A stretch of DNA of 61,496 bases, filler included, from Choristocarpus tenellus KU-1152 (Eukaryota; Protista; Phaeophyceae), in the NCBI GenBank assembly GCA_964200185.2. It is 13 parts of 13 records of this genome, joined end to end, with 100 filler letters (N's around TTAATTAATTAA, not from the genome) between each part and the next. Parts side by side here need not be neighbours in the genome. Positions count along the whole stretch, not along the records: positions 25,013 to 29,302 come from CAXNAD020015260.1; positions 29,403 to 33,785 come from CAXNAD020014808.1; positions 33,886 to 36,998 come from CAXNAD020022231.1; positions 37,099 to 42,796 come from CAXNAD020009975.1; 9 more parts are not named here. One strand, written 5' to 3'. Every line of letters begins with the position of its first letter. Position 1 is the stretch's first letter. Positions 26,712-39,368 of the stretch are shown in pieces. Both the position numbers and the translations under genes were made by a program. Below the pieces are notes generated by a model. The model was not told the DNA's origin, searched no databases, and worked only from the letters and a program-made list of their open reading frames with translations.

Positions 26712-29402
26712 TTGGCAAGAGACAAAATAACAATCATATGGGCTATACCTCACACCATTGTCCTAACATTACCACTAGTTATGATGATACCAAGCACTTA
26801 ACCTTTTACATCTTATTAACCTGAACCTCAGCTGGTACCCTCCGGCCTTCAATCCACACAAAACTCGACTTGCTGTGGTAGATGGTGCGATCTGTTGCCA
26901 CGATTCTGCCTGCTAGCTGCTGCTGCTGCAACATTTTGAAGTTCTCTGATTCAACATACCCCTTATTCACCCTCATGTGGCAGTCACCTGTCAACCCAGT
27001 AACAACTCAGATCCTTAATAGGGAAGAAGGGGACCGTGTGTTTTTTTTTGGTTAGCTTCTCCTCGGACATTTTTCATTGTTGGGGATTGGAAGGCAGAGA
27101 AAGAAAATCTTCGGACATCATTCTCGACGCGAATAAAAGTGTTCGACAACGTTTTGCCCACATCGTTGCTCAACGTGTGCCCATTTCAAGCAAACTAAGC
27201 ATAGCTGTGAGGTGAGGTTGACTACAATCTTAGCAGTGGAGAAAACTTCAACGAGGGCATTGGGCGCACCACAAAGAAGGTGCATGTAGATATTACGGCA
27301 GGGTTACTCAGAGCTGGTTTTGCGAGAAGATTGAGTGGTTTCAGGTTCAGCGAGTACAGCATATTTCCTTCAAGGGCATGGCTAACTTGCCACAGACAAA
27401 GAATGATAATACGTTACTTGCGCACTATAAAGCGCGACATGAGGCAATTTTTGATGTTTAAAGAGGATTATTGGCGCGTCCAGGGTACCTCAGTTAGCGT
27501 TGCCAATCTGGTTATGCTATTGATCGATCGCTTTATCCAAGAGAGTAGTAGTAGGTCCACGTTGCTTGGTCACGGAACGCCACTTTCCTGGTTTGTTCAG
27601 GGCGAAATTTGGGGAAACAAATGCACCATGACAGACGGAGAAAGAACTCCGTTCTGTAAGACCGAGGGAGACTTTTCTCACTCGATACTGTTAGGCGTGG
27701 AAATTGCTCACGAACGTGATGTGAGCGTGGTAGGTGAAAAGAAGTATCAACCAATCAATCAATCCACAAATATCTATCTTTTCCAGTGTGCGTTTCAGCG
27801 GTTTCAATCAAACAATGTACAAGGCTAAATCGGAGGTGCGTTCCAACCAATCTGTATCGATATATCTCATTGTTAATGACAGAAGTACATACAACCTCAC
27901 TTCCTCATTCCATCTATGTCGGTAGCATGACAAGGGAGGGTCACCCCACCTAATTATTATGGTCTGCCTCTAATATATTTCTAGAGGACACAAACATGGT
28001 GGAAGTAGTGGGATGTATTTCCTTATTTTTTTGTTTTGTAGAAATATATGATTAGTAGGATTAATCGCAGTAGTAGAAGTAGTAGAAGTAGTAGAAGTAG
28101 TATTTTTTGTTTTTCATCATAGTCATTTAAACATTAAAATACGATCCTCAATCCATCCTTTCACATATTATCCTCTCCAAGATCTACCTGAACGCCTCCC
28201 AGGTTCCAAGACCTCGATTTGGGTGTTGTGGGAGAGAGGACAAAGGAAGGGTGATAGTTAGCAGAAAACTGAGAGATACCTTGAGCTACTTTGTGCCGGT
28301 TGGATCTGGAAAGGAAGTCGCCCTGGATTTCGCTTGTAGAGGGAGGTGTGGTGAGTGCATTCATACCTGCACTTCTGGACAACATTTTGAATTCGTCCCA
28401 ATCTTTTCAGGGACGCATGGATTGCGTTGTCTCTATCAGAGTGCTGGCGTCGACAACGAGTCTTTGAAGATATTAAAGTGCATTCTCAATCTTAAAAAAA
28501 ATACCCAGCTGATTTTTATCTACCTACCACAGCAGGTCTACTTTGAAAGGCAGGTTCCCCACTCTACCATTGAACCCCAACTCATCCAAAGATGGTAGAG
28601 TATGTCTGAGAAGGTTGATATGGTCGAGTTGGAATGAAATTGCCTTGCAGTTATATGAACATACCTCTCAGCTTTAAAATCTGTCCCAACTTTATTTTTC
28701 CGTGCTCCTCGAGATAGTCTATTGACTGGACGACAATTTGATAGATACCTTTGCTCCTAACACTCTTGCCCTGGCGAATATATGGTGACGGCTTGTGTGA
28801 CTGCTATTAGTTCAAGCCTACTGTCGCAACCTGTTCCTAATATTCGTTGATATGTTGCTGTACCTCCGTTACACTCTTACGATGACTTCTCGTCGGTCCA
28901 TTCTACCAGGTAGTTGAGCATGAACCAGGCGCCGTTTGGGGGGGGTCCACCAGGTAAATTCCCCTGAATTGACTGGCTCACTTGTAATAGCATCAATGTG
29001 GATTATTGCCATTTCAAAGTATCTACCTCTTCATGCAATAGGGATTGCACATTCTCTTGCACTTCATGTCTTTCGTGTTTGTGATTGCTCACATCGCCCG
29101 ATTGCATGGATCCGACTAGGGCGATAGCCAGAAAGAGTGCGAGGGTACCATGTGGATCCTTCGAACCTCTCGTACATTCACAACGGCTAAAAATATGGTG
29201 TATTAAGTGTGGGCACCCCAAAAGCTAGACTAATTCTATGCTATTTCCTCTTTCATTCCTTGTTGCCTTTGCTCTACCTTAGGCATGGGTGGACCCCCAC
29301 CCNNNNNNNNNNNNNNNNNNNNNNNNNNNNNNNNNNNNNNNNNNNNTTAATTAATTAANNNNNNNNNNNNNNNNNNNNNNNNNNNNNNNNNNNNNNNNNN
29401 NN

Positions 29403-31936
29403 CTATTATCAAGCAGAATTTTATTGGAACCAAGTTGGGGAATCACTAAAGCTTCAACTGGCAATGTGGTGTCACCAAGTGTAAGTGCAAAACGAATAAA
29501 TCCACGAATATGCAAAGGTGAACCATTTGCTGCACGTAGATTTATTGCACCAGGTGGAACAGGATGCACATTCAAAACGTTTCAGTTGAGGGTGATTGAA
29601 AACAAATATTTCAGAAATACATGGTACATCACTGGCTGTGTCAATAGTCAAGTCATTTTCCTCTTGTTCTTCAACGGTGCCAGATACACGAACCCTTTGT
29701 GATGAAAACGACAAAGGTTGGGGCATGGCTGCACAAAGAACTGTTGAACCAAGTTTCATTATTATTACACGAGTTTGGTTGAACTAATGGCAAAGAAATA
29801 TGCTTAGTGACACGCGTGCAGGCAATAAATCGATGCCTGTGGGGCAAGAGGTGCGACTGGTGTCAACCTCTGACGTTTGCCACTCCCTACGATGGTGTCA
29901 ACAAGGACACCATGGCTGTTCCCAAATGGACAGGAGTCAAATCCACCTGGGCACCCCTAGGGACGAGGACCATAATGGCCCGGTACTGACTGACTATCCT
30001 CACGAACAAGAACACGACTTCCACGACCCCTGCCTCTACGACGCATTTGTGGTAAATGAGCACCCCTCGGATTGTCCAGGCATAACTGGGTTGTGTGACC
30101 CTCATGAGTCGCTGCCTGGCAACCCTGGTACTGGCAAGCACTATCTGGTGATCTATGGTGTCCTGCGAGTTGGACGGTGTCTCTGCGTAGGGTGACGTGT
30201 CTTGGGGTCGTGTAGTACTATCAGTGGCCCTGTCTGTGGGAGGCGGACTCGTCAATGACCGAGCTGGGACCCTGTTGAGAGGGGTTTCCACCGCTCGGTG
30301 ATGTTCCACCTCTGTACGGAGCCACTGGCATTCGCACTGAAATTGCTCAAGTTCACAACGGGGAACCTGTCCACGACGAGGATTGTTTGTCACAGCACTC
30401 GTGTAAGTTGTTATGGGGGTGGAGTTATTGCCAGACAGATTGTTGGCTTCATGACGTTTGGCACGGTCACGAGCTTGGGCAAACGAGGTGGTGGATTTGT
30501 CCCGAATCTGTTCAAGACGAATTGCAGGGAGTAAGCCGTCCTCCATCAGGGTTATTTTCAGTTGCTCAACAAGCAAAGTTTTTGTGTCGACTAAATCTGA
30601 GGACGATGTTGTGCGATGAACATTATCTAAAAAACGATTAATTGTTGTGGTGCAACCGTAAAGTATATTGATCAACAGACTTGTTCTCCCCCTGTTTCAA
30701 GGACGTTAGTCTACGAGCTGATACACTTACAGCATGGGCGGGAGTAAACGTGGTGATCAATGCTTTCTGGGCAGCATCCCAAGTCTTTGGAGGTGTAATG
30801 GGGACAGGGGTGTCAAGAGACGATTGCAAACGAGCCAAATCACTTGTTGAACGCCACTCTATCGTACCCGCCAACGCCTGGAAGTAAAAGGTTTCAGCTG
30901 ATCCTTGAAGAATTTTCGGTAAAAATTTTACACACCGAGCATTAATCGTCTCCGGGGATGCAGGACCATACTGGTTTGAGTGCAAGGTAATTGCCACATG
31001 TCATTTAGAGAACAAGAGTTGTAAATTCTCTTCTCCAGAACCTGTAATTACCAGACCAGATGGTATTTCCGAAGCAGAAAACCTGAAACGACTCCCTCCT
31101 GACAGTGGTGGTGGGCGTGCGACGTCGCTACTCTGTGGAATGGATCTTACTTGATCAGTGCCCATTCCTCGAACTTGAAGTTTCATCAGGTCCTGAAGCC
31201 ATTCAGGAGGCATGGTGTTTGTTCTTGCACACTCGTTGACGTGGTGCGTGATGAACACTGGTACAGCATTGCCAAAGTTTGCCTGCGAAATGGCCACCTC
31301 ACAAGTAGTCGAAGTTGGGGGTGGGACCGGTTCTTCTTGAAACAAGACCCGACGAGTGTCACGGTCGCCCGAGCTAACACAATGCTCAAGGGTCGACGAC
31401 ACGGGTCTGATATTCACCTGCCGATCTGTAAGAGGGGAAGGGGGGGAACCGCGTCGATGTTCAGCACGTGTGGTGGTGCTGGATGACGTCGAGTAGATAC
31501 CAGATGAGTCAGAATCAAGATGAGTGGAAGACTCCATGTCTTCCATTGACTCGTGGTCTTGAACCTCCTCTTCTATTGGTCTGGATGGCGTCAGATCTGG
31601 AGTTCTTCGCTCTTGCGCATGACGTCTACACCTCGATCTTGAGTTCGGCATCTTGCGTCCGTGGTCAAATAGAAATTCCCTGTCGCCCTATTTCTGAGGA
31701 CACCGGTGTCGCCAATATGAATCTTGTGATTCTGTGGCGGCGTGGTTCACTCAGACAAGGGTGGCGAAGATAATCACCCGACAAGACGGACCACACGAAC
31801 AAGGACGAACCGTAACCGAGGGTACGAGGTTAAGGTTGGACAAGTGTAAACTTAGGAGTGATGAGCACCATCAAAGATGGGGCTTCATCACCATCAGTCA
31901 AGACGTGAGAATAAAGTGGATCTTCCATGTGTGACA
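29403..31936 (-). mobile_element. Ty3/Gypsy 5' part: LTR 31716-31936, PBS ~31698-31715, degenerate gag and aspartic protease
   Basis: LTR TGTCAC...GATTCATA followed by TTGGCGACACC. Gag motif TWDAAQKALITTF...RRLTSLKQGENKSVDQYT. Protease TIDTASDVPCIS...LRAANGSPLHIRG...ILLD. The LTR end recurs at 46001-46064. Confidence 0.85.
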
Positions 31937-32085
31937 TTCTGACAGAAAGTCTGTCAGTGAAATCATGGACTCTTGGTTGGGAACTTCAATCGGTACCACG
32001 GTATAACGGTATATGTCATACGGCAATAACGGTATAATAACAGGCAAACGTGCTTTCCACACAAGTTCTTATCTCTTTCTGGTTA

Positions 32086-32152
32086 TTTTTTTATTTTGCC
32101 CTCTGACATTTTGCAGATGTGTCAGGGGGAAACCAATGAAAACTATATACAT
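32086..32152 (+). repeat. ~70-bp dispersed hairpin repeat. Other copies at 33549-33614 (+), 46151-46221 (-) and 54708-54778 (-).
   Basis: Consensus TTTTATTATTATGCCCTCTGACATTTTGCAGATGTGTCAGGGGGGAAACCAATGAAAACTATACACAT in four places. Confidence 0.85.
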
Positions 32153-33329
32153 ATGTGTATATAAAATGTCCTAAACATAAGAATACTATAAGAGACATTG
32201 CGTGGAAACCTTTCTGGTTATCATATTTTCTTTCGTTCTTACTCTCTTACTGATTTTTCAATATTTCTCTTTTATTGTACTAGTATTTGTATTTGAAAAA
32301 GTCAACAAATCCCAAGCGACACAATACACTGATATACATAATGTTCTTCTACGATTCAATATTGTTCTTTGGGACTAAGGGTTAGAGTTGTGTATATGTA
32401 TATAAATATTTCTACGGATACATATAGGGTTGTGGTTACTAACACATGGCTTGAGTCCTGTTTCAACCTATCCATTTATATTTCGTTATAGCATTTAGAA
32501 CTATATCTAGACTTTCTTCAGTTTGTGTGGGACCCGTCAGAATATGATATGTAGAATAGGAATAAATATTTAACTCGCGTGGAGAACAATTTCGAAAATA
32601 ACATTTGAAAACTTCCTACCCTCATTCCTTGACACTATCGTGAATTTAAATGTAGATTATATATCACTTGCGAAAGAGGGTATGTGGTCAACAATGTCAA
32701 ACTGAAGAGGATCGAAAAGACCTGGAAAGGAGAGACAAGGAAGAAGGGTCTCAAACCCAAGGTCTATCAGAAGAGAAATGACAAAGGAAGTGGATTTAAT
32801 TTTGACACACACATCTGGAAAATGTCCAAAGGCATAAAAATAAAATACAAGGAAGTGGATGGGTGGAGGTTGGAACCTCCACTCAACATCTTGATGGTAG
32901 TATCATCAGAAGTAACAGAACCCTAACCCTATGGTATACCTTGCTTGGAGTGGAAGTATAACCTATCACATTACTCATACTATTAAAATATTGTGAAAAG
33001 GGTCGAGTTCTATGTGTTCATGAAAACTAGGAGAGAGGAGGTTCAAAGAGAAGAGAAAAGCTGGAACTAGGGAAAAAAAAAATTACATCTGTCAATCTAT
33101 CGTTGAGTGAAGAAGCGAAACAGATCAGAAACATCAGAACAGAACACTTTCCATGACAATTCAAGGTGGGAATCGATCACCACCATAATGATATGTCAGA
33201 AAAGAAGGATTATTCGATCTGAACTATCACTCTTGCCATATCTTCATGTGAAAGTGTTGCCAGTCACCTCTAGGATGAGACTAGTCTTGATCTTTTTGAA
33301 AAGGTTGCACAACGAGTTAAACGACGATC

Positions 33330-33547
33330 AGCATAATATCGAACGAAAGCTCTTGATCCAAGCTATCGATTTCCCGAAAGGAATTATTTCGGAATATTAT
33401 TTTGGTATGGTAAAATTTTAATCGAATATTTTCGAAACAATCTTGAAAATGCTCTGGAATGAATTTTCACGACCAAAGATATTGTTGCGAAATAATTCCT
33501 TCACATGAATCGATAGCCCAGATCCAGAGTTTTCATTTGATATGCTC
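33330..33547. mobile_element. Degenerate fold-back/palindromic MITE
   Basis: ~85-bp imperfect inverted arms (AGCATA..GCTATCGAT..AAGGAATTATTTCG / CGAAATAATTCCTT..ATCGATAGC..TATGCT). Confidence 0.65.
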
Positions 33548-33885
33548 ATTTTATTATTGTGCCCTCTGGCATTTTGAAGATGTGTCAGGGGGGAAACAAA
33601 TGAAAACTATGCATACGTCATTATAAGCCCTAAGGAAATATAATATCATAAATGTGAAAAACACTATAAAACACTGTAAGTGTGAAAAACACTAATCTAT
33701 CTGTTACTTCACCACTATCAATATTGTACTACTGCCTTCCTGTGCTTCCCACCTACCTACTCCTGCGCCCCGGGGGGGGGGGAACNNNNNNNNNNNNNNN
33801 NNNNNNNNNNNNNNNNNNNNNNNNNNNNNTTAATTAATTAANNNNNNNNNNNNNNNNNNNNNNNNNNNNNNNNNNNNNNNNNNNN

Positions 33886-33934
33886 CAAATGGACAGACAG
33901 GGCAAAACTTGTACCCTCTAAGATACTTTCACTC
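33886..33934 (+). mobile_element. MITE family A right end at contig edge
   Basis: CAAATGGAC...GTACCCTCTAAGATACTTTCACTC. Confidence 0.8.
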
Positions 33935-34179
33935 GGGACATACCACCAAAACAACCTTGAGAATTTTGGGATTGGAGTTGAGGGTTGGAGCACCTTGGCC
34001 ACTAACCAACAACAGGAGTGGTGTGATGATAGTGTGTCACTAACTGCTCCTCAATGAGGTTATGGCAGAATTACATATTTTCATTACCTGTATAATGCAG
34101 CATTGCCCACTAAGGAAACGGCCTACACCATGTCATATTTTTTCACTCAAGAGCGAGAGAATAGACTTTTACTCTATCG

Positions 34180-36998
34180 ATCGGTATCAACCTGATCATC
34201 TTCGAAGAAATGGAGAATTTCGAGATCAGTTAGTAGCCCCGACGGAGGTTCAGAGTTTAATTTTACATGCCCTACATGACCATAAAGTTGCAGGCCATCT
34301 TGCTTTCAAACACACATTTGACCGGGTTCAAGATAGAGTTTGGTGGTCAACCTTACAGAAAGATGTGAGGAAGTGGTGTGAAACTTGCCAGTCCTGTCAA
34401 AGGCGTAAGACCCCTTACACTCCTACCCCATTACCCACAGGACATATATGCCTGTCACAAGTCCATTTCAATGACTCGTCATTGGCCTAGTTAAATATGA
34501 GACCACGTCAGACTGTACAAAATATGTGTTATCCGCCGTAGACCATCTTACAAGATTCGCAATCTTGGTTGGCATTGCAAATAAACCAGAGAAAAACGTG
34601 GCTAAAACTCTTGTCGATCGTATTTTTTCCATCTTTGGTCCTCCTGAAACTCTCCACTCTGACCAAGGCAAAGAATTTGAGAATAATCTCCTGGCTGAGT
34701 TGCGTAAAGTGTATGGATATCATAAAATCAAGACAACGGCATATCGACCGCAAGGCAATAGTATATGTGAACGTATTCATTCCACAATGCATGGTATGCT
34801 GGCCATGTATTTAAATATGGACCAATCTGACTGGGCCTCATTACTACCCTTTGTATGCCTAGCACACAATACAACCTATGATACCACTGTTCAAGAACCC
34901 CATTTTTTCTCATATTTGGGAGGCGCCCAATTTTACCGATTGATCTCATTTGGGGGGTCCCTGAGGCCACCCCCATAACTGTACAATACAGTACGAAAAC
35001 AGTCAAGAATTTACAGCTAACCTATGAATTAGCCCGGCGTAATGTTGGTGAGATGACTCTAAGGAACGAATCGAAGAACGTGAACCATAAACTTCCACTA
35101 TATGGACCCGGAGATAAGTGTGGCTTCACAAACCACATACTTCAGGTGATGCACCGGACCCCAAGTTATTGTCCCCATGGAGAGGACCTTATGAAGTGAA
35201 GGCACGTGTAACACCCGTTGTTTATCGCCTAGAGCGCTTGGAAGATCGACGTGAAGTGACAGTTCATGTGGCCAGACTTAAACCCTACAAGGAAGGAATA
35301 GCCACGGAACCTGGCATTGATGTCCTTAATTCACTCTTTCTAGGCCGGTTATTACCCAAACCAAATCTTGATCAGGGGTCAAAGACACAGCCAACTATTG
35401 GGTCTTACAATGTAGAGGGTATTGTTGACCATAAGCGAGGTGTAGGAAGAAAGACCACCTGCAATTATTTATACCGACTTTGCTTTCAGGGATATTCACT
35501 GGCCAATGATGATGTATGACACAAACCCGCTGAAATACCTGAGTGTGCAGAGATGATCGCAGCCTATAGGGATGAGAATAAGTTGGACCTCCCTAATGTA
35601 AGAGCCACTGACCAAGTGACTTGTCATAATCAAAAGACACCTGCCACTACAACAGCCGAAGAACTTGTATTACCGCCAATCGGACGTCCACCTCATTGCA
35701 ACCAGACCTCCTCTAATACTTGTGGCACCCCGCCTTGTGGACTGAAAAGTACGACGAATGCCTCTATACTAGTGGGTTGCCGGCCTGGAGAGTTGCCACC
35801 AGATCCCACAGATAGAGAAGATGTTTCTTTTTCACTACCAATATGATTGAAGCGACGCCGATAGATTCTTGAAGACCATACCATGGCTCAGTTCGGGTGG
35901 TATTTTCAGAGCTGACCTAGTTAACTGAGTCTCGTGAAGTAGAAAGGCTGCTCTCATCCGGAAACAAACACAGGTAGGTCCTATCCGTGAGAAGCATGCA
36001 TACCTTTTCAAAAGTATTATTTACCTCGGATATAATATTTTGCCTTTATTTCTTTAAACAACTGTGTACATAACAAATATTTACAGTCCAACTTACTGGT
36101 TGTCTAAGCACCTCGGAGGCAAGTTGTTGAAGAGAGGTGATAGTAAGGGATGATGAGTGTCCCAACGACCCTTCACAATAGACGACTTGATGTACCAAAG
36201 CTGTGGTGATACTGAGCTTCATCCGCCCAGACCCCAGGAGGCACGCAGGAGACAGGCAGGTCCACGCCATTTTTCTCGTTGCGCTTTCCACCCGTTAACA
36301 CAGATTTCACTTGGACTAGGGTGGTATTTAGAGCTGATCTATTAGACGACTTCATGATCGTGGGGTAGAAAGACTTCTCTCATCCGGACACATCGACAGA
36401 GAGTGATTCTACCTGTGAGAAGCATGCATATATATTTTCTGTTCATAATATTATTTACCACGGATATAATATTTTATTTGTTTTAACAAATGCGCATATA
36501 ACAACCATTTAAAGTTCAATTTTTCTGGTTGTCCAAGCACCTTGGAGGCAAGTTGTTAAAGAAGAGACGATAGTAAGGGATGATGAGTTTTCCAACCACC
36601 CTTGACACTATTCCCACAACAATCCCCAATAGATGACTTGAAGTACCAAAGCTGTGGTGATACTGAGCTTCATTTACTGAGATCCCTGGGAGGCACGTCG
36701 GAGACAGGCAGGTTCACGCCATTTTTCTCACTGCGCTTTCCACCTGTTAGACACAGATTTCACTTGGACTAGAGTGCGACCTAGGGCTGATCACCACTGG
36801 TGCTCCACCTTTTCATTTTTCTTTACCCTGAGTTGATTCAACTAGGACGTTTTCATTTTTTTTCCCTCCCAAAGATGGACCTATCCAACATGAAGTGCTG
36901 GCCAGCCGCTTTTTGTGTTCGTGTCGCATAGAATCCACACTGGGGGGGGGGGTAATGGCAGGGACAGGTTCCTTTTTTGGGATCTCCCATACACACTC
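34180..36998 (+). mobile_element. Chromovirus-type Ty3/Gypsy 3' part: integrase, chromodomain, 3' UTR, PPT and LTR start at ~36956
   Basis: HDHKVAGH..WW..C..CQ zinc finger; VDHLTRF, HSDQGKEF, TAYRPQGNSICER; WRGPY; YNVEGIVDHKR...YLYRLCFQGYS chromodomain; G-run PPT followed by TG. Confidence 0.9.
35939..36792 (+). repeat. Two diverged tandem copies of a ~420-bp unit in the chromovirus 3' UTR
   Basis: 35939-36340 aligns with 36365-36792 (for example GTGAGAAGCATGCATA, GATAGTAAGGGATGATGAG, ACACAGATTTCACTTGGACTAG). Confidence 0.88.
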
Positions 36999-37359
36999 NN
37001 NNNNNNNNNNNNNNNNNNNNNNNNNNNNNNNNNNNNNNNNNNTTAATTAATTAANNNNNNNNNNNNNNNNNNNNNNNNNNNNNNNNNNNNNNNNNNNNGG
37101 GGAGGGGGTATGATACTCAGCGGCCTGGCCTACCTAGTGCTGAAAGAAAAAACTGTTCACTTCGTCTGTGATTTTGCACACACACATACTACATGGTCAC
37201 CCGAAAATCAAGCATTTGGTTGACAGGGTTGCTAAACGCGGGATAACTATCTGAACTTAGGTTGACTAGGAGGACACAGAGAGATCTTCACAACAGCTGT
37301 AACCCAACAAGAGGAGGAGTAGAGTGCCACCATCCCACCAACATTGACAACTCCCTCAC

Positions 37360-38443
37360 CTTTTCGTACATTTTGCGGAACTCTGCTAGGGACACTTCTT
37401 TCTTCTTCGTCTGGCGCTTGATAGCTTCTTAGAGCTCGTGCTGAAAATATACCCTATCATACAGTGTGCGCTCAACCACACTCTCAGTCGCGTCGTTGAA
37501 TGCTATAAGCGTGGCGGTGCAGTGGGCGAACGGGGCAAGGGGTAGGTGGGAAGCGGTCGCGGGACACACGCTGCAGGCAGTAGTGAGCAACATGTTGCTG
37601 CTGACAGAAAGACCACGAGGGATAAAAAAGATCAACAACGGGCTGACTGACGATGAATCAAATAAAGGAAACACGGCAACAACTTGGTAGATCAGAAGAG
37701 TCATCAGGCAATCATGGAACAACGACAACACTCCATCACTCACCGTTGGCACTTAACCTCTCTTCTGCTTGGTTGAACTCCATGTAGACCCGTATCATGA
37801 AAGCACGTTTGTGATCAAACTCTCTCTTCAACACCGTTATTCTGAGCCAAATTGTCTTAGAGGGTAGAGTCGCGTCCATTTGGGGGCCAAAATCTAATGT
37901 TGCGATTTTGATGCAATTTTGGCTATCATATTTGTTAGGAAGTGTCAATATCCTTGTTGCGGACGCACTTTTTCATAACGTATATATTTTACCTACTCCA
38001 AAAAATTTTGGAGTAGAAAAATGTCATAAAAAAAACGAGGGAAGTCAAGCCCCAAATGGACAAGCAGGGCAAAAATCTTACCCTCTAAGATACTTTTACT
38101 CTCTATGGTTTCCGTCCAGTGTGCGTCCTTGAACGGCAAGCACGGTGTTGGTGGTGAGTTGGTCCCTGTTGCCTAAGCAGTCTCATTGGATGACGATGGA
38201 TGGAGCAAACTGCTCGAGCCAGCCCTTTTCACGGATAGACTTGCTGACGCGCGCAAGGCCACGCTCGCTGAGGGGCCGCACCATCTCTGTGCACGTGATG
38301 TTGCCGAGTTTCATCTTGTACATGCTGAGGTAGTGAAGTTCGAGGAGTGAGGACATGCCCTTTGCATTGCTGTCCGACACCCTTGATCCGTGGGCAGTGC
38401 CATCGGCGCGCAGGGGGGTCATTGTTGAGCGAATGTTGGCCAT
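37360..38443 (-). pseudogene. Spliced ParB/Sulfiredoxin-like domain gene. Exon 1 is 38443-37744 (interrupted by MITE A), exon 2 is 37502-37360; 3' end not recovered in this contig.
   Basis: After removing the MITE and one AGA duplication: ...EMVRPLSERGLARVSKSIREKGWLEQFAPSIVIQ*DCLGNRDQLTTNTVLAVQGRTLDGNHRITVLKREFDHKRAFMIRVYMEFNQAEERLSAN|AFNDATESVVERTLYDRVYFQHEL*EAIKRQTKKKEVSLAEFRKMYEK. This follows the R....L..SI...G....P..V...DGNHR...N pattern of ParB N-terminal domains, with a phase-consistent GT-AG intron. Confidence 0.72.
37844..38101 (+). mobile_element. MITE family A copy inserted directly after the DGNHR codons
   Basis: TIRs GAGCCAAATTGTCTTAGAGGGTA / TACCCTCTAAGATACTTTTACTC; flanking TCT duplication. 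Confidence 0.88.
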
Positions 38444-38649
38444 GGCGAAGATTGGGAAGGTGTGACAGGGATAGATAAGAAAGAGCTGCTGGTGGTATGT
38501 GCGGAAGGGAAGGAATGGAAATGAGGAGTGAGAGCTGGGAGGTGCTGCTTTATTTCATCTGGTCGGTTGGTGCCCAAAGAACCCAGATTTCTCTTTCCGT
38601 TGATAATTGTGTTCTAATAAATACGAATATATAACAGTATATGATTTAA

Positions 38650-39320
38650 TATTTAAAACAGACAGAGAGTATCAGTTTTTTGTGACCTTTTCGTTTCGGA
38701 ACATTTCAAAAGTATTAGATCAATCAAGTTTGTGGTTTGCATTTGTATTTGTTGATATTAAGAATATAATATTATTTTTATTTCATAAAAACCATAGTTC
38801 CCGTATTTTGCGGTTCATGGATTTCGGGTGGAACGACGGATCGCCCGAAACTCAAAGTTCGCTTTTTGTCGACATTTGTATTCTTACAAATACAAATGTC
38901 GAACAATATAAGATTTTGCGTTTAAAACAATTAGAGCGTATCAGTTTTTTGTGACCTTTTAGTTTCGGAACATTGGAAACGTACAAGATCAATTAAGTAT
39001 GTGCTTTGTATTTAAAAAAAATTGAAATTACGAGTATAATCGAATTTTTAAACTCTAAAAACCATAATGCACGGATTTTCCGGATCATGGATCTCAGGGT
39101 GGTCCGACGGATCGCCAGAAACTCAAACATTGTTCATACGCCCGGCTTCGAATTCAATTTTATTGTGCCCAAGACCGACTGTTGCCTGAGACCAGATTAG
39201 AATCTAGTTTTTATTTCATCACTGTGAGAATAAATACATTTTCCAGAACATGGATTTTATTTTGGTCCGACGAGTCTCTTCAAACTCAAACATCGTACAC
39301 CCGGCTTCAAATTCAACTCA
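38650..39320. promoter_or_regulatory. Repeat-rich spacer between divergent genes, with ~270-bp direct repeats and a perfect 14-bp inverted repeat at 38869-38902
   Basis: TATCAGTTTTTTGTGACCTTTT..TTTCGGAACATT twice; CGACG..TC....AAACTCAAA three times; TCGACATTTGTATT-cttaca-AATACAAATGTCGA. Confidence 0.5.
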
Positions 39321-39368
39321 CTCCTAGACCTTCTCACTACCCAAGACCGCCTGTTCCCCCAAAACACC

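Noticed and set aside
27280-27828. 182-aa ORF
   Set aside because: No recognisable motif or splice support; cannot be assigned.
35905-36380. Hammerhead-like CTGA...GAAA arrangement at the repeat junctions
   Set aside because: The core CUGANGA spacing is not met and the flanking stems are not conserved between the two units.
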